DNA from: Candidatus Parvarchaeota archaeon
GTDB taxonomy: Archaea; Nanobdellota; Nanobdellia; B33-G15
Assembly (NCBI GenBank): GCA_017608385.1
Contig: JAFCFZ010000005.1
Coordinates: forward strand, 28,609-60,608
Direction: 5' to 3'
Length of the DNA stretch: 32,000 nt
Under the pieces are notes generated by a model, which worked only from the letters and a program-made list of their open reading frames with translations, was not told the origin of the DNA and did not search any database. Within the stretch, counting starts at the first letter, position 1; each line of letters starts with the position of its first letter. This document shows, piece by piece, positions 1 through 8,461 of the stretch. The position numbers were made by a program, and so were the translations under genes.

Positions 1-63
1 TAGAACAAACAAAGAAGGTTCTGTTAAGGATAAGGAACAGAAAAAGAAAGGAAATTATTACAT

Positions 64-837
64 TTAGATCATTGATGCTAACCTAATTGTATCTCTTAAA
101 CCAGGAGCCAAACCAAGGAATATTATCACATATCTTATCATGTCTGCATCTTCAACATCTTTGAGAATGTATAAAGCTACACCTACAAAAATTGTTTTTA
201 GAACAAACATTATTTCTGGTCCAAAAATATTAATCATAAAACTAGGTAAAACATGTTGTTCAAAATAATCAAAGAATCTTATACTAACGGAAGTGGCTGC
301 TGCATCAAAAAAGTGAACTGCCATTACAATAAAATTCAAATCATTTTGAAGGATTTTTATCCTTTTTTTCAAATAAAATAGAGGTATTATTGAAATTACT
401 AAATACAAACTAATTAAGAAAGGACCCAATGGATTTGGATAAGAGAGGAATATTAATTGTGAAAAACACAATAGAGATCCAATTACTAAATTAATTTTAA
501 CATATTTTTCCTTGAATTGATGATAAGACCAGAAAACAAAGAAAATTGAGGGCAATAATATCAATAATTCTATACCTGGTGTTACTGTCCAAAACCCTTT
601 CTCATAGATTCCAGCATCTGTTAAAACTCTTGCAAAAGAAATTAATACAACATATGGTGTGGTCGCTATAACTGAATTTAAATCCCATTTAAACTTTATT
701 TTTTCTGAAACTTTATGAAACACATAGAGGATACCCACTAACAAAAAAGCATAAGCAATTGTATTAAAAATATTATATCCTTCTCCTGAATAAATAGGTC
801 TTATAAAATAAGTATAAAAAAAATCATCGTTGACCAT
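64..837 (-). CDS. Polytopic membrane protein, possibly DUF63 family
   Basis: The long ORF is hydrophobic throughout with multiple predicted TM segments. The motif HFFDAAATSVS...FDYFEQHVLP resembles my memory of archaeal DUF63. I moved the start to the internal Met (MVNDDFF, ATG at 837), which leaves a 14-nt overlap with the upstream gene; the start remains uncertain (873 is the alternative). Confidence 0.6.
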   Translation of the reverse strand: MVNDDFFYTYFIRPIYSGEGYNIFNTIAYAFLLVGILYVFHKVSEKIKFKWDLNSVIATTPYVVLISFARVLTDAGIYEKGFWTVTPGIELLILLPSIFFVFWSYHQFKEKYVKINLVIGSLLCFSQLIFLSYPNPLGPFLISLYLVISIIPLFYLKKRIKILQNDLNFIVMAVHFFDAAATSVSIRFFDYFEQHVLPSFMINIFGPEIMFVLKTIFVGVALYILKDVEDADMIRYVIIFLGLAPGLRDTIRLASMI

Positions 838-1246
838 AAAGTGCCCTTTCCAGATATGCAAGTCTCTCCTCAATATTTCCCAATTTATCCAAAATCATGT
901 CTAATTTTCTAGAAGTTTCATCTGGAATTCCCTTGCTAGGAAAACTTGGCTGAGGAAAACCTAAAGGAGCTGGTTTACTTTCCATTGGAAAAGGCAATGG
1001 AGGAGGTCCTAAAGGAGGTAAACTAGAAGGTGCTGGCAAACCAATAGGAGGTAAATTTGGTAATCCTGGAGTTGTTGCTCCTGGAGTAGTTCCTAATGGT
1101 GGTAATCCTGGAGTTGTTGCTCCTGGGGTTCCTGGAGCTCTAGGAGGAGTTCCTGAAAAATCAGCGCCTAAATTTAAATCTCCTGGACCAAATTCAGGGA
1201 TTTCTTCTTCTGCTTTTTTACCCCTGAGTTTATCAAGAATGCCCAT
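824..1246 (-). CDS. Proline/threonine-rich repeat protein with a C-terminal coiled-coil-like helix (orphan)
   Basis: The ORF in the track spans 824-1345. I chose the internal start MGILDKLRGKK (ATG at 1246) because it is preceded by AGGTGA 4 nt upstream and avoids overlapping the divergent gene at 1332. The central region consists of PGATTPGLP-type repeats, and the C-terminus is LDMILDKLGNIEERLAYLERAL. Confidence 0.55.
   Translation of the reverse strand: MGILDKLRGKKAEEEIPEFGPGDLNLGADFSGTPPRAPGTPGATTPGLPPLGTTPGATTPGLPNLPPIGLPAPSSLPPLGPPPLPFPMESKPAPLGFPQPSFPSKGIPDETSRKLDMILDKLGNIEERLAYLERALYGQR
1058..1126 (-). repeat. In-frame tandem duplication with a 42-nt period inside the Pro-rich CDS
   Basis: The sequence tggtaatcctggagttgttgctcctgg is identical at 1058-1084 and 1100-1126. 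It encodes two copies of a 14-aa TTPGATTPGLPxL unit. Confidence 0.9.
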
Positions 1247-1301
1247 TAAATCACCTAAAATTCTTAATTCCCTAATCTTATTTAAATGCTTCTCAAAAAC
1301 A

Positions 1302-1309
1302 TTTAAAAT
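1302..1309 (+). promoter_or_regulatory. TATA-like box upstream of the 1332 operon
   Basis: TTTAAAAT is centred about 26 nt upstream of the ATG at 1332. Archaeal TATA boxes sit at about -26/-27, so this spacing implies a leaderless or near-leaderless mRNA. Confidence 0.4.
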
Positions 1310-1331
1310 CAAGTAGAGAATATCAATATAC

Positions 1332-2621
1332 ATGCCTAAATACAAACCTAAAGAAATTGAAGTTGTAAAAGAATCTTTTGAAAATGGAATTATGAAGCTA
1401 AAAAGAGAATGGGAAATTGTTTATGATTCTGGAGCTGCTTTGGAACCATTTTATTATTGGATTGTTGATTTTATGACAAAAATGGGTTTAAAGGTAACTA
1501 AAATTGTTGATACTTACTCATTTAGTTATAGGAGTGACGAATGGGGGAAAAAACAACAAAAGAGACATCACACTTTACAAGATGCTAATAGTTTAATGGC
1601 ACAAATAGGTCAAATAATAAAGGGATTAATAGCAATAAAAAAAGACCACCAAAGAATTAAAGAGGCCCTCGAATTCTATGGAAAAGGGGAAAAAACACCT
1701 GATGATCTTGTTTTGAAAGGGATTTGGATGGATAATATTGATCCTAAATCGGGTCCAGCAGCAATGGTAAATGCTGCTAAAAATGCTTCTTTTTTTGGAA
1801 TAAGAGATTTTTTCTTCAAGGTTAATTCAGAAAAAGAAATAGCTGAATTGCCTTCTGGAGACAGAATTAAAAATTATTTGAGGAGAAAATTAAAGGAGTA
1901 TAATGTTTGGAAAAAGCACTGGAGAAAATCATTAGAAGAAATGGAAAAAACAATTGAGGAAAGAATGAAATCATCCGCCGCAAGTATTGATTTATATAAA
2001 AAGTGGGTTGCACCATTAATTAGAGATGTAGAAGCCTTATCTGATAAACATGATCCCTTTGATCCTAATTTATTAAAAATGGGGAGTTCTGTTTATGGAG
2101 AAGTAAAATTGGTTGGGCATTCTACTAGTAGTGAATATCCAGGATATGTAGCAGTAGTTCATGTTGATATGAAAATGAGAGGAATGTCTCCTAATGCAAT
2201 TACAAAAACCGAAGTTAAAGTTCAACCTATGGTTTATACTGAAGATGCTTTTGAAAAGAAACAAGAAGAATGGAAAGAGGATCCAGTTGATAAATGGGTG
2301 AAAAATCTCATGTTAGAATACAAATATGTGGAAGATGACTCAACCAAGAAAAAAGATACAAAACCAAAGACCTTTGTTGAAGAAATTTTAGCAAGTATTC
2401 AAGAAAATTATGGAAAAAAAGAAAAAGATGGAAAAAAGAAGAAAAAGGGTAAGAAATTTCAATTATTTTCTAACGAAGCAAATCTTGTGAATGAAGCAAA
2501 AAAAATTGCACTCAATAAGGGTTGGTTAATTTATGATATTGCTAAAAATGCATTCTTAATGTTAGGATGGCCTACAGATAGAATTTATGATGAAACGGGT
2601 AAAACATTCCAGAGACAATAA
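1332..2621 (+). CDS. Hypothetical protein (429 aa), no recognisable motif
   Basis: Long ORF that is the first gene of a translationally coupled operon. It is soluble and K/E-rich, with a lysine-rich stretch including KKKKKGKK (residues ~340-375). I see no P-loop, metal-binding motif or TM segment. Confidence 0.7.
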   Translation: MPKYKPKEIEVVKESFENGIMKLKREWEIVYDSGAALEPFYYWIVDFMTKMGLKVTKIVDTYSFSYRSDEWGKKQQKRHHTLQDANSLMAQIGQIIKGLIAIKKDHQRIKEALEFYGKGEKTPDDLVLKGIWMDNIDPKSGPAAMVNAAKNASFFGIRDFFFKVNSEKEIAELPSGDRIKNYLRRKLKEYNVWKKHWRKSLEEMEKTIEERMKSSAASIDLYKKWVAPLIRDVEALSDKHDPFDPNLLKMGSSVYGEVKLVGHSTSSEYPGYVAVVHVDMKMRGMSPNAITKTEVKVQPMVYTEDAFEKKQEEWKEDPVDKWVKNLMLEYKYVEDDSTKKKDTKPKTFVEEILASIQENYGKKEKDGKKKKKGKKFQLFSNEANLVNEAKKIALNKGWLIYDIAKNAFLMLGWPTDRIYDETGKTFQRQ

Positions 2622-3166
2622 TGCTCATGAAATGGGAAAAAGTTCTTGAAGAAATTGAAAAAAGAAAGACTAAATGGGAGAAGCTGGCTCTCATTCAGAT
2701 GTTATTGATATCTGAAAAAAATGAGGAAATTCTCAAAAAATTAGCTCAAATAAAGTCAAATATGGAACAAACAAACACTTTCCAAGCACCTATTCATGTT
2801 AGTGATGCTCCTAAACTTGAAGTAGTAACTTCTTCTGCAACAGAATTAGAAACTATTGTTCAATCAACTTCTTCTGTTACATCTCCTCCTCAAGAATCAA
2901 CTGACTATCTTGTAAATATGGAGTCAGAATATAAACCCCTTTTATCTGGAGTTAAATGGGAAGATGAAGATAGTAGAATAAGATTTAGGGATTCGTGGGA
3001 AGATCAAGGAATAAAAGAAACAAAAGTGAGACAAAGAGACTTTATTCAGTTCATTGATTTTGATGTTAGAGGGCAAGTATTTAATAGAGATGATGAATTA
3101 ATTAAAACAGATTTGAGTGGTAATCTAAAAGATTACAAAAAGAGGAGAGAACCTCATGAAATATGA
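2621..3166 (+). CDS. Hypothetical protein (181 aa) with an N-terminal coiled-coil-like region and an S/T-rich linker
   Basis: Its start overlaps the upstream stop as TAATG (2619-2623). No family was recognised. Confidence 0.6.
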   Translation: MLMKWEKVLEEIEKRKTKWEKLALIQMLLISEKNEEILKKLAQIKSNMEQTNTFQAPIHVSDAPKLEVVTSSATELETIVQSTSSVTSPPQESTDYLVNMESEYKPLLSGVKWEDEDSRIRFRDSWEDQGIKETKVRQRDFIQFIDFDVRGQVFNRDDELIKTDLSGNLKDYKKRREPHEI

Positions 3167-4670
3167 AAGTGAAAGAATTGGTTTTGGGTCATATCCTATG
3201 GGAGTAGCTGCAGATTTAAAGCAACCCCCATTTATTGGTTTGGATCAAGGAATCAGTTGGGGTGCTCCTATTGTTGAAGTACAGGGAGAAATGGGAAGAG
3301 TTGGTAACACTGGGATTGAGGCAATAAAGAATTTAGCCCATGCAAATAATGTAGAAGTTACTTGGCATGTTCCTCCTAATGAAAATTATGAATTAGCATT
3401 ACCACGACCTGAAGTAAATGAAAAAGCAAAAAGATCAATTGGAGTAGGAATAGATCATGCTTCTAAAGCAGGAATCAAATTGGTTAATGTTCATCCTACT
3501 TTAGTTCTTCCTAGGATAAGGGAGGATGAAATATATGCGTTCGATAATGAAACTAGACAAATATCTAGAGTTCCTGTTCCAACCAACATGGACAAAAAAG
3601 CTTATTTAGGATTTTTGAACGAACAAAAAAGAGCTGAGATCAAAGAAAGAGTTGCTTGGGCTGATAAATATGTTGATGGATCTAAGAAAACAATGGAATC
3701 TGCCGAACCTATAAAGATGATGATATCTTCCGGAAATATTGGTCAATTGAAAGAAGCCCTATCTAATCCAAATTCACAAACTACAAGAATATACGCTTCT
3801 ATGGTTGGAGAAACAGCATTATCTTTAGGTATTCCAAAAGGTAAAAAAGAGCAATTGGAACACTTAACTCAAAAAAAATATTTAGATAGATTTAATGAAT
3901 CTTACAATAATGAAAAAAAATTCTATAATGCTCAAAGGGACAAAAGAAAATTGATTGAATTACAATATGGGGGTTGGGAAAAAAAGGGATTTATTACAGA
4001 TGGGAGAAAAGTAATTGATAAAAATGCTGCAAAAAATTTAGCACATGTTGCTAAAAAGGCAATTGATAAAGGAATTATATTTAGCATTGAAAACACAGAT
4101 GAAAGAAATATGTACTCAACTCCACACGAATTAAATCAATTGGTTTCTGAGGTTAAAAAGGAGTTAAAAAGAAAGGGAGTTCCAAAGTCTAAGATTGAAA
4201 AATATGTAGGAGTTACTTATGATATGGGTCATGCAGCCACTATGCAAGGAATTGAAGTGACAGACACAGAGGGAAATAAGTTTAAGATAGGTTCTCCTTC
4301 TGAGTTTATGAGTAAAATAAAACATGACATCAAAGAGGTTCATGCTCATGAAAACTTTGGTGATGTTGATGCTCATCTTCCAGTAGGGGAGGCTTTTCCA
4401 GAAGAAGAAAGACAAAAAATGGTAAAATATTTGAAAAAACACTCTGGAAGAAACAGGATAATATCAGAAGGTGCTGCAATGGGTAGTACTGGTCCTGGTT
4501 ATCATTTTGGTTTACAACTAAGTACAGATCTTTATTCTGCAGCAGGAACTCCAACAGAATTATTGTGGGGACCAACATATGTGTCCAGCGCATTTGATGA
4601 AGGAATTTTCCTTCCTGGAGATAAGAGAGAACATTATTTTTATAGCACATTCACAGGAGGTTTGTTCTAA
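3156..4670 (+). CDS. Xylose isomerase-like / AP endonuclease family 2 TIM-barrel protein with a large internal insertion
   Basis: The ordered motifs are WHVPPNEN (H71), VNVHPT (H113), IENTDE (E312), YDMGHAA (D356/H359) and VHAHENFGDVDAHLPVGE (H396-E412). This matches the metal-ligand order of the Endo IV/xylose-isomerase-like fold as I remember it. The start overlaps the upstream gene by 11 nt. Confidence 0.65.
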   Translation: MKYESERIGFGSYPMGVAADLKQPPFIGLDQGISWGAPIVEVQGEMGRVGNTGIEAIKNLAHANNVEVTWHVPPNENYELALPRPEVNEKAKRSIGVGIDHASKAGIKLVNVHPTLVLPRIREDEIYAFDNETRQISRVPVPTNMDKKAYLGFLNEQKRAEIKERVAWADKYVDGSKKTMESAEPIKMMISSGNIGQLKEALSNPNSQTTRIYASMVGETALSLGIPKGKKEQLEHLTQKKYLDRFNESYNNEKKFYNAQRDKRKLIELQYGGWEKKGFITDGRKVIDKNAAKNLAHVAKKAIDKGIIFSIENTDERNMYSTPHELNQLVSEVKKELKRKGVPKSKIEKYVGVTYDMGHAATMQGIEVTDTEGNKFKIGSPSEFMSKIKHDIKEVHAHENFGDVDAHLPVGEAFPEEERQKMVKYLKKHSGRNRIISEGAAMGSTGPGYHFGLQLSTDLYSAAGTPTELLWGPTYVSSAFDEGIFLPGDKREHYFYSTFTGGLF

Positions 4671-5485
4671 TGGAAAAACATAAACTTGACAGCTTTGCTG
4701 AAATTGAAAACAGAATAAGATTAAGGGATTTAAGAAAAGGAACTATTAGAGATGATGATTTAAAACTGCTTTATTCTTTTGCAGAAAAAGCAACAAAAGA
4801 TTTTGGGGGATTTATTCATGCAATAATCCTTTTTGGTTCAATAGCTAAAGGGAAAAAGGGAGTAGATATGGATGTTCTTGCTTTAGTTGATGATATTTCA
4901 ATGCCAGTAACACAAGATCTTGTAGGTGCTTACAGATTAGGTATGGGTCAAGTATTAGTTGATATTGGTGCTTCTGAAAGAATTCACCTAACTACAATAG
5001 GTTTAGCTGATTTTTGGGATGGTGTAAGACAATCTGATCCAGTAATTGTTAATATTATTAGAGATGGAAAAGCAATAACAGATACTGGTTTTTTTAGACC
5101 ATTAAAGAGACTATTAGAATTAGGAAGAATAAGGCCTAGTAGAGAAGCAATAGAAGCCCATATAAACAAGGCAAAATACCTTACAAGTTCGGTTGATGCT
5201 TTTATGAGAATGTCTTTGGATAATTTGTATTGGGCAACATTTGATGCAGCTCACGCAGTTCTAATGGCTTCTGGTGAGACTCCACCGAGTCCAAAAGAAA
5301 TTCCAAAATACTTTGCTAAATTGAGAGGGATAACTAAATCAGATGTTACCTTTGTCAAAAAAATGTATTCAGTAATGAAAACATTGTCTAAAACAAAGAC
5401 ATTTGACCCTTTGAAAGTCAAAAAGCTAAGAGTTGAAACAGAAAGATTTGTCAAGAAAATGGAGAAGAAAGTCGATAAGCTTTAA
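4670..5485 (+). CDS. Pol-beta-type minimal nucleotidyltransferase fused to a C-terminal helical (HEPN/KNTase_C-like) domain
   Basis: LFGSIAKGKKGVDMDVLALVDD matches the GS...D.D nucleotidyltransferase signature. The C-terminal half is helical and is a paralogue of 7423-8430. The start overlaps the upstream stop as TAATG (4668-4672). Confidence 0.7.
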   Translation: MEKHKLDSFAEIENRIRLRDLRKGTIRDDDLKLLYSFAEKATKDFGGFIHAIILFGSIAKGKKGVDMDVLALVDDISMPVTQDLVGAYRLGMGQVLVDIGASERIHLTTIGLADFWDGVRQSDPVIVNIIRDGKAITDTGFFRPLKRLLELGRIRPSREAIEAHINKAKYLTSSVDAFMRMSLDNLYWATFDAAHAVLMASGETPPSPKEIPKYFAKLRGITKSDVTFVKKMYSVMKTLSKTKTFDPLKVKKLRVETERFVKKMEKKVDKL

Positions 5486-7347
5486 GCTTCACCTAATTTT
5501 GCTAAGTATTCAGCTATTTTTTTATCTTCTGAAAATAATTCATTCAAGGATTTATTACTTCCAGCTAATATTTGAGCGCTTCCCAAAATAGGTTCTCCTG
5601 TTTCAGAAAATGTTTCATCTATCCCTACTATTTCATCCATAAATGTTTCAACATGACCCAAATATTCTTGGCTTCCTTCTTTTACTAAATCTGGATTTTC
5701 TGAATTTATTTTATTCATAAAAGTTTGATAAGCTGTTGAAACTCCCCTTTGTGAAGACTCAATAATATTTGAGTAATTTTCAATAATAGGATTCATTTCT
5801 TGAGTTATTCTTTGCTTGACTACCCTTGCTTCTAATGTTGGGTCTTTTCTTGCATCAAATCTAACAATTCCTTCATAAATTTGAGCTAACTTAGGAGCAT
5901 CTACATAAACAGTTTCAGCAATTTCTGGATTCTCTTCTCCTAATTGTTTTTTAGCTTGTAACTGGGCTACTTGATATCTTTGAGTTATCTCTTCAGATTT
6001 TTTTTCAGCAATTTCTGCTGCATTAAATCTAGTTAAAATATTTTGAATATAATCTTCTTTATCTTCATCACTTGAGTCTCTCAAAAGTTGATCTAAACTA
6101 GGTCCTTCCAAACCTTTCAATCCTGTTTTATCTACATTTTGAGCTACTTTAACCAATGGTCTAAGACGCATATAATGAATTTGTATTAGGCTTAAATAAT
6201 CAACACTTCCATCTTTTAATCTTGGAACATCAGAAACATCTATCTCTCCTAATGCTTTTCTTAAATCAATTGCTCTTGATTTATATGAAACAAGACCTGG
6301 GCCTTCATCTTTTCTTCCGCCAAATACTGTATTTAAAATATTTTCTATATCTGGTGCATTAAATAAGCCTGGATTGACAATTCCATTGATAAACCTATCA
6401 ATCTTTTTGGCTTTTTCAATATTTTTTTCGTCGATTTTTCCTGGCATTAAATAAGAATAAAGGAACTTTTTGATCTTGTGTTTTAATTCTTCAGGATTTC
6501 TAGGGTTATCTGAACTTATGCTTTTAATTGCTTTGTAAACTCCCACTAAATCATTTGCTATTAATCTATCAAAAGTAGTTTCTAGTTCTTTTAATGAGAA
6601 ATCTTTTAGAGTATAATCTTTTGATTCTGGTGTTTCTGGTTCACTTGATGGAGTTTCTAAGATATGCTCTATAGTTTTAGTTTTCTTTGTTTTCTTTTTC
6701 TTTCCTGATGGTTTTTTGGTTTTCTTAGGTTTTTTAGTTGGTTTTTTAACTGGCTTCTTCTTTGTTCCCGTTCCTCTAGGTTCCTCTTCAATAGAAATAT
6801 CTGGAACTAGCTTTGAAGTAGGTTCTTCAACAGTTGTTGGTGTGTAAGCTTCTCCAGAATCTTCTTCTGATTTTATTTCTCCTAATCTTCTACCAGTAAA
6901 TTCACTTCCAATTCTATCCCTACAATATCCTGTATTAGTCCCAAATTCATCAGGCAATTCAGCTTCCTTTATTTTTAATAATGTATCTCCCATTATTGTT
7001 CTATATGTTGCTAAATGCTCCTGATCTTTTAACTCCAAAGAAATATCTTCAGTCTCTGAAATTGTTGAAGTTTTCAAAGCAGATTCTTTTTTTGTTTTCA
7101 ATAAACTAGTCAAATCTTCGACAGAACCTTCTTTTACTGGACTTTCTGAAAGTAAAGTAGTTCCTAAACTATCAAATGCTTGGCCAATATATTTGCTCGC
7201 AGTAGAATCACTTACTTCAATGAATTTACCTTCTTTTATTGCTTCTTTAAATGACTCTAAAACTTGTTTTTTACTTGCTTCTGGAGTATCTCTAAGAAAA
7301 CCCTCTACAAAACCTTTCACTACTTCTTCAGATATTTTTCTTAGCAT
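5482..7347 (-). CDS. Hypothetical protein (621 aa) with a central polybasic KKP tract
   Basis: Long uninterrupted ORF containing the tract KKKPVKKPTKKPKKTKKPSGKKKKTKKTKT in the middle. No family was recognised. Its stop overlaps the convergent stop at TTAA (5482-5485). Confidence 0.7.
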   Translation of the reverse strand: MLRKISEEVVKGFVEGFLRDTPEASKKQVLESFKEAIKEGKFIEVSDSTASKYIGQAFDSLGTTLLSESPVKEGSVEDLTSLLKTKKESALKTSTISETEDISLELKDQEHLATYRTIMGDTLLKIKEAELPDEFGTNTGYCRDRIGSEFTGRRLGEIKSEEDSGEAYTPTTVEEPTSKLVPDISIEEEPRGTGTKKKPVKKPTKKPKKTKKPSGKKKKTKKTKTIEHILETPSSEPETPESKDYTLKDFSLKELETTFDRLIANDLVGVYKAIKSISSDNPRNPEELKHKIKKFLYSYLMPGKIDEKNIEKAKKIDRFINGIVNPGLFNAPDIENILNTVFGGRKDEGPGLVSYKSRAIDLRKALGEIDVSDVPRLKDGSVDYLSLIQIHYMRLRPLVKVAQNVDKTGLKGLEGPSLDQLLRDSSDEDKEDYIQNILTRFNAAEIAEKKSEEITQRYQVAQLQAKKQLGEENPEIAETVYVDAPKLAQIYEGIVRFDARKDPTLEARVVKQRITQEMNPIIENYSNIIESSQRGVSTAYQTFMNKINSENPDLVKEGSQEYLGHVETFMDEIVGIDETFSETGEPILGSAQILAGSNKSLNELFSEDKKIAEYLAKLGEA

Positions 7348-7393
7348 TTTTATATCTCATGATATTATTATTATTAAATAGTAACAAAAACAT

Positions 7394-7403
7394 ATTTAAA
7401 TAT
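7394..7403 (+). promoter_or_regulatory. TATA-like box for the CDS at 7423
   Basis: ATTTAAATAT is centred about 24-25 nt upstream of the ATG at 7423. Confidence 0.35.
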
Positions 7404-7422
7404 ATTATGGTTTCTTAGTTAC

Positions 7423-8430
7423 ATGCCTAAAGTCAAGAAATTCAAGAAGAAAAAACAAGTTTCTGAATCAATTAAAAGGGGTTTATACCCTCAAGTATCT
7501 GACTTTTTGGCAAGAAAGGATGCTAGAGATGTAGAAACATATGTAGCGCTTGTTGTGGAGAATTTTAAGAAATACATCAAATCTATGGTTGTTTGGGGTT
7601 CTATGAAGACAAAACAAGGTAAAAGAAAGACAAGTGATATTGACATTGCAATAATTGTGGATGACACAGATGTTAAAACGATGACTAGATCCGAGGTAAA
7701 GGAGAAATTATTCCAAAAGCTTCTTGCTATGGCATATCCTATATCAAAAAAACTTCATCCTCAACCATATCTATTGACTGAATTTTGGGAATATGTTAGA
7801 ATAGGAAATCCTGTTTTATTTAATGTATTAAGAGACGGAGTCCCTGTATTTGACACTGGATTCTTTTTGCCTGTTCAAATGTTATTTAGAATGGGAAATA
7901 TAAAACCAAGCAAAGAATCAATTGACAAGCATATTCACTCGTCTGAAGAGTTGTTAAAACTCGCTAAAAGCACAATGAAAGAGAAATTAAGTTATTACTT
8001 AGAACAAGCAGTTGTAAGTTCTTCACAAGCAGTTTTAATGGAATTAGGATATAGACCCCCTACCCCTAAAGAAACTCCAAAATTTGTAGAGGAAGTATTA
8101 TGTGGTAAAGAAAAGTTAGTCTCAAAAAAATATTGTAAAATAGCTCAAACAGCTGTTCAAAATTATAAAGACATTGAACATAAAGTCAAGAAAGAATACA
8201 CTGGAGTTGAATTTGATAAACAGTTGAAAGAAGTTAATGATTTTGTTGATAAAATGCAAGAAGTCCTTAAAAAGTTAAGAAAGGAGAAAGGAGAAACTTG
8301 GAAATTTGAATTAGCTGATAAATTAAAGGATGTTAAGGTCAAGAGAGATGGAATAATCAATGAAAAGAGAGGAATAGAGCACGAAAAAAGAGCAGAAAAG
8401 ATTATAAAAGAAGAATTAGGACAAAGATAG
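7423..8430 (+). CDS. Pol-beta-type nucleotidyltransferase plus helical domain, paralogue of 4670-5485, with a K/E-rich C-terminal extension
   Basis: WGSMKTKQGKRKTSDIDIAIIVDD is the nucleotidyltransferase signature. NPVLFNVLRDGVPVFDTGFF...KPSKESIDKHI...GYRPPTPKETPKF aligns by eye with DPVIVNIIRDGKAITDTGFF...RPSREAIEAHI...GETPPSPKEIPKYF in the other copy. Confidence 0.7.
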   Translation: MPKVKKFKKKKQVSESIKRGLYPQVSDFLARKDARDVETYVALVVENFKKYIKSMVVWGSMKTKQGKRKTSDIDIAIIVDDTDVKTMTRSEVKEKLFQKLLAMAYPISKKLHPQPYLLTEFWEYVRIGNPVLFNVLRDGVPVFDTGFFLPVQMLFRMGNIKPSKESIDKHIHSSEELLKLAKSTMKEKLSYYLEQAVVSSSQAVLMELGYRPPTPKETPKFVEEVLCGKEKLVSKKYCKIAQTAVQNYKDIEHKVKKEYTGVEFDKQLKEVNDFVDKMQEVLKKLRKEKGETWKFELADKLKDVKVKRDGIINEKRGIEHEKRAEKIIKEELGQR

Positions 8431-8440
8431 TTTTTTAAAT
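8431..8440 (+). promoter_or_regulatory. TATA-like box for the rpl35ae-trm1 unit
   Basis: TTTTTTAAAT is centred about 26 nt upstream of the ATG at 8462. Confidence 0.4.
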
Positions 8441-8461
8441 CATGATAAATAGGTTTTGACA

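Noticed and set aside
2073-2264. Short antisense or out-of-frame ORFs from the track, nested inside longer well-supported CDSs. Examples are 2073-2264, 4164-4442, 4330-4650, 4984-5169, 5251-5454, 7193-7381, 8163-8462, 8480-8715, 10454-10711, 10897-11169, 11841-12258, 13174-13371, 14912-15157, 15916-16434, 17170-17373, 22589-22852, 24052-24249, 25426-25611, 28338-28556, 28483-28674, 30876-31160 and 31100-31291.
   Set aside because: Each lies within or opposite a longer ORF that has recognisable family motifs or coherent composition. Their translations are low-complexity (F/L/S/I-rich), as expected from the antisense strand of AT-rich coding DNA.
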